A stretch of 64,000 nt of DNA from Schmidtea polychroa (Eukaryota): the NCBI GenBank assembly GCA_044892525.1, contig CM097885.1:222518001-222582000 (forward strand). The letters are read 5' to 3'. Within the stretch, counting starts at the first letter, position 1. Every line of letters begins with the position of its first letter. The notes beneath the pieces were generated by a model, which searched no databases, had not been told where the DNA came from, and saw nothing but the letters and a program-made list of their open reading frames with translations. Positions 60,115-64,000 of this stretch are shown here, in pieces. The translations under genes and the position numbers were made by a program.

Positions 60115-60657
60115 TTAAAGTTTTAGATACACTTTAATAAATGTATATACAACTCCAAATCCAGTCATTAGTTTGAAAAAAATCTTTTAAATTTTCACAT
60201 TTGACATCATTCTCGTTTGATTTTGTAACGAGTTCAAACATCATAATCCATCCATCATGATTATCGACCCATGACAAAATTTTTGATTCAATAATCTAAA
60301 TAATGAGGATAATAATAATATCAAGTTAATCATCAAAATAATACATCTCTGCAGACCATTGAAAATAATTTTCAAGTCTGAGCCGACTTCTCTAAAATAT
60401 GTTTCACACCTGAAACCTATAATAATTCGTTACCATTTAATTTTATCATCGAATAATGTATAAAATATTTCCTCGAATAATTTTTGTTTGTTCAATTGTC
60501 TCTCTCAATTGATAATAGTGTTGTACTCGATACGATTATCTTCAACGATTTTTTCTGAGCAATTAACAAGAAATTGCAGATTATTGATCACCTCGTTAGT
60601 TTCTTTGTTACAGACAAGATCATTTAACACGTCAATCATAAATTTCGTTTACTTCAT
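60115..60657 (-). pseudogene. Bcl-2-family gene (copy B) inside Polinton B, two exons
   Basis: Exon 1: TKFMIDVLNDLV...LFEEIFYTLFDDKIKW*RIIIGF...ENYFQWSAE. An intron of about 49 nt (60344-60296) lies at the same position as in copy A. Exon 2: IIESKILSWVDNHDGW...KLMTGFGVVYTFIKVYLKL*. Stops and frameshifts present. Confidence 0.82.
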
Positions 60658-61934
60658 TTATAAATAATTGTTGAAATTTTGGTATATTTATATTATTTGT
60701 ATTAATAAAAGAATATGACATAAAAGAAAAATTAATTTTAATAATATTCAACTTTTAATTTTAATTTACAAACTACAGCGCCAGCCCCTTCCTGGCAATG
60801 GGTGTCACTGATGATTTTAATCTTTGTATTTTGAATTATGTACATTTACATGTTTTGTGGTGAAATGTTGATTTAAAAAATGGTGTAAGTTGTGAGAGAA
60901 AAGTTTAAAATTTTGTTTTTGGGTATTTTAAAATTTGGGAAATTTTGAGGAATTTATTTTTGGGAATTTTCTGAGTTGTGAAAATCTTGTAAATATCTTA
61001 TATCTTATACGTGTGATTTTTTATTAATCAAAAGTAGTAGATGGTATATATTCCTCCAAGTATTTTTATTGATTTTTTCTAAGATGACTAAGATGTATTT
61101 CCAAGTATTTTTTATATATAAAATTTATTTCTATAATAAAGTGGTGTGACCTTCATATTAAAGTACTTGGAGTTGACCTACATATTTTTAAAAAAATTGT
61201 CTAAGTATTTTATCAAAGCTTTTGTTCATTGTCCCACCATGTGTTGAAAAATATGAATTTATTTCTATAATAAAATGTTTTCTATGTTTGATAATATATA
61301 AAAATTGTTATATTATGGCATTTGATGCTGAAGTTATTCATTGTTTCGTTATGTGTTGAAGCATACGATTTTAATTCTATAATATAAGACTGGAGTGATT
61401 ATCATAATATATAAAAGTTATTATATTATGGCATGACCTACATTTTAATTTACAGGCTTTGGAGCTCATTTCCATGGAAACTAGGCATTTTTATATATAA
61501 ACACCATATATTTTCGTGACCTACATAAAATTCTGAGTCGGCCTAGATATTTTCCAGGGTGGGGGTGGATACTTATTTTTAAAAAAATATTTTAATTAAT
61601 TATTATTTTTGAAATATCTCATTCAGGGTACCCACCACAGATTTTATATTATTTTATTTGTATTTGTCTCATTATTTGTCATTTTCACATACCTGTTTTA
61701 ATTCATTTTTTTACTTTATTTATTAATTTTTGAATTTAAATAAGTCTTGTCCTTTTTATCGATTTGCACTCGATTCTCTGTGTATTTACGTTTCTTTTGC
61801 ATCATCCTAGACAACACCTGACATATTTAATTACTATTTATATTTATATTCTAAAAAAGCTATTTATTTATTATTCATAACTATTTCTTAATTAACCCAA
61901 GTTATCGATCATGAACCATAACATGCAAAAGTTT

Positions 61935-62190
61935 ATCCAACTTACAAATTTTAATTTAGGAAGAACGAATAGGTGTTACGAGAAACGATATTAATTTCAC
62001 AGATGAATTCATTGCAATATTTTTGTAACTCTTCATCATGGTATTAGTGCATATTAAGTTTAGATAGATCCAGTAACTTGGTCTATTCAAATAAATCAAT
62101 TCTTTATACCCAAATACACCTATTTTACCTTTCAACAAAAGATATATTGAAAGGTGTAACAGTGAGTTCTGGTATTTTGGACTTGTTAGT
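61935..62190 (-). pseudogene. Third pPolB fragment (palm region), outside the element B terminus
   Basis: KELIYLNRPSY / LLDLSKLNMH*YHDEELQKYCNEFICEINIVSRNTYSFFL, homologous to the SICLDRLSYIGQSMLDLSKLRMY segment of pPolB A and including a decayed DTDS (NTYS). Confidence 0.75.
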
Positions 62191-62199
62191 AATCATTTT

Positions 62200-62760
62200 T
62201 TATGGATAACATCAAATTACAGACACTCGTAACCATACAATATGTTAGTTTTTTCGTAAGATATGTAGTGGATATTTTTAGCATAACCAAGAGCAAAAAA
62301 GAAATGAATGAAATATTTTATATATCCAATGCGACTCACCAATATATTAAGTTTTAAATCGAATATCCAGAAAAATGAATCTCTCAATCTACTGGATTTA
62401 AGAATCAAAATAGATGTTCACGAATATCACAATAACGATATTGAAAGTATAAATTCAAATCCACAAAGACCTTGATACACGACACAAACTGGAAGACATA
62501 TTTTATCTGAATATTTTATCGACTTCAGGGTCCTAAATGAATTTAAGGACACTGACCGTCAAATTAGTTAAAAAAACAAATACCAGAGTTTCAGAACATC
62601 TGGATCCTACTGGAAAATCCTCGTTATACAGACAATTCCAACAATATAAACCAATGAAGAAGTAAAATAATATTTCAATTAAAATCTTAGTCAGTGATAA
62701 CGTTCCAAAAATTTGAGATTTAAAGAAGCTTTTCTTATCATAAATAAATATATAAAATTT
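62200..62760 (+). mobile_element. Penelope-like relic: RT fragment plus GIY-YIG C-terminal fragment
   Basis: FFVRYVVDIFSI...NATHQYIKF...LLDLRI, then TNTRVSEHL...KSSLYRQ...IKIL...KEAFLI. Confidence 0.8.
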
Positions 62761-64000
62761 AAATATAATAAATAAATATATATTAAAAAGAAAAAAACTC
62801 TATAAACTTTAAGTAATTGAAAATTTTATATTTTATATTTTAAATTTTATGTGACTTAATTGGTATATAAATTTTAAAGAAAGATTTTTTTTTTAATCAA
62901 AATTTTAAACCAATAGAAAAGCAGAAAGTGAATTTAAAATTACCTTATTATTTAATTCAAAATTTTAAACCAATAAAAAGGCAGAAAATGAATTTAAAAG
63001 GAAAATCANNNNNNNNNNNNNNNNNNNNNNNNNNNNNNNNNNNNNNNNNNNNNNNNNNNNNNNNNNNNNNNNNNNNNNNNNNNNNNNNNNNNNNNNNNNN
63101 NNNNNNNNNNNNNNNNNNNNNNNNNNNNNNNNNNNNNNNNNNNNNNNNNNNNNNNNNNNNNNNNNNNNNNNNNNNNNNNNNNNNNNNNNNNNNNTTTGTT
63201 TTGTATATATTTGCTAAAAAATCTAAGTGCATAAACAAACTAAAAAATAAATATTGCAATTTTGTATAAAGGTAAATCTATTATAAACGCCATGTATATA
63301 GCTGGCATTTACAGAAATATGACTAGTTGAAAATAAATTTAGAAGTTGTTGACGTGTTGTTGACGAAAACATCAAGAACAAATCATTTGCCGAAATCTTT
63401 AATTATAACCGTAAACTAATTTGACATAATTAAAACTCAGTGGGAGAACTTTTACCTTTATCAATGGCCATAAAGCTGTCGGTAACAATTATGATTTTTA
63501 ATTTTCCTTTTCACATGTTGTTGTGAACAGGAATTGGGATAATCCGTGTCATTCAGGCCATACATCTGAATCAATTAAATTTTTGGCGTTTCTGGGTTTC
63601 ATTTTCACATCATTTTTTTTCTTTTTTATATCAATTATAAAATTCTAGCAAACAAAATGTTTATTAGAAATTTGTGTTCCCTCGAAATCGAATACAAGGT
63701 AATTTGTGAAAATTATTTTCAATAATTAAATTAATTTGTTTGTTTGAATATATAAATTTTCATTTGATTTGTTTTAAACGTATGAAAACTTAAATTTCCC
63801 ATTGCGGTGAATCTAATTAATTAATAAATTTTTAATTATTCATTTGAAGAGCCGATTAAAATTTTTGAATTTATTTTTTGTTGAAATATTTTGATGGGAA
63901 CTGACTTTTTGTTTAATTGACACAATGTCACATCAGTTTGACAAACATTTAATCTTATATAAATAATTACTTAATACGTAATAGAATCAATTATGAAATA

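Larger units (their letters stand above)
56150..61573 (-). mobile_element. Polinton/Maverick element B, older and rearranged relic (left boundary uncertain)
   Basis: Contains pPolB N-terminal, penton and integrase fragments plus accessory genes. It ends in a TIR-like terminus whose reverse complement reads AGTATCCACCCCCACCCTGG, resembling the AGTAGTCCACCCCTCCCC terminus of element A. Confidence 0.7.

Overview
Very AT-rich, repeat-dense animal genomic DNA with about 12 N-runs. The AT content, 43-50 nt introns, intron-poor protocadherin and TE spectrum suggest a planarian-type flatworm (inference). There is one intact host gene: a 7-cadherin-repeat, delta-like protocadherin on the minus strand (24991-27819), probably with a small second exon. 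The rest is transposon debris: Merlin, several hAT families, a MULE with TIRs and TSD, Penelope retroelements, MITEs, a probable solo LTR, and a CstF-77 (CSTF3) gene fragment lying between two hAT relics. The 50.4-62.2 kb block holds two or three decayed Polinton/Maverick elements (pPolB, integrase, penton, long TIRs). Main observation: two of these Polintons each carry a diverged, intron-containing Bcl-2-family gene (BH1, BH2, C-terminal hydrophobic tail). Each sits next to members of an unrecognised family of small spliced proteins with a Cys-rich tail, and the TIRs of one element are packed with AP-1-type TGA(C/G)TCA motifs. All these copies are pseudogenised here. All protein assignments come from manual translation and motif recognition; no database searches were run.
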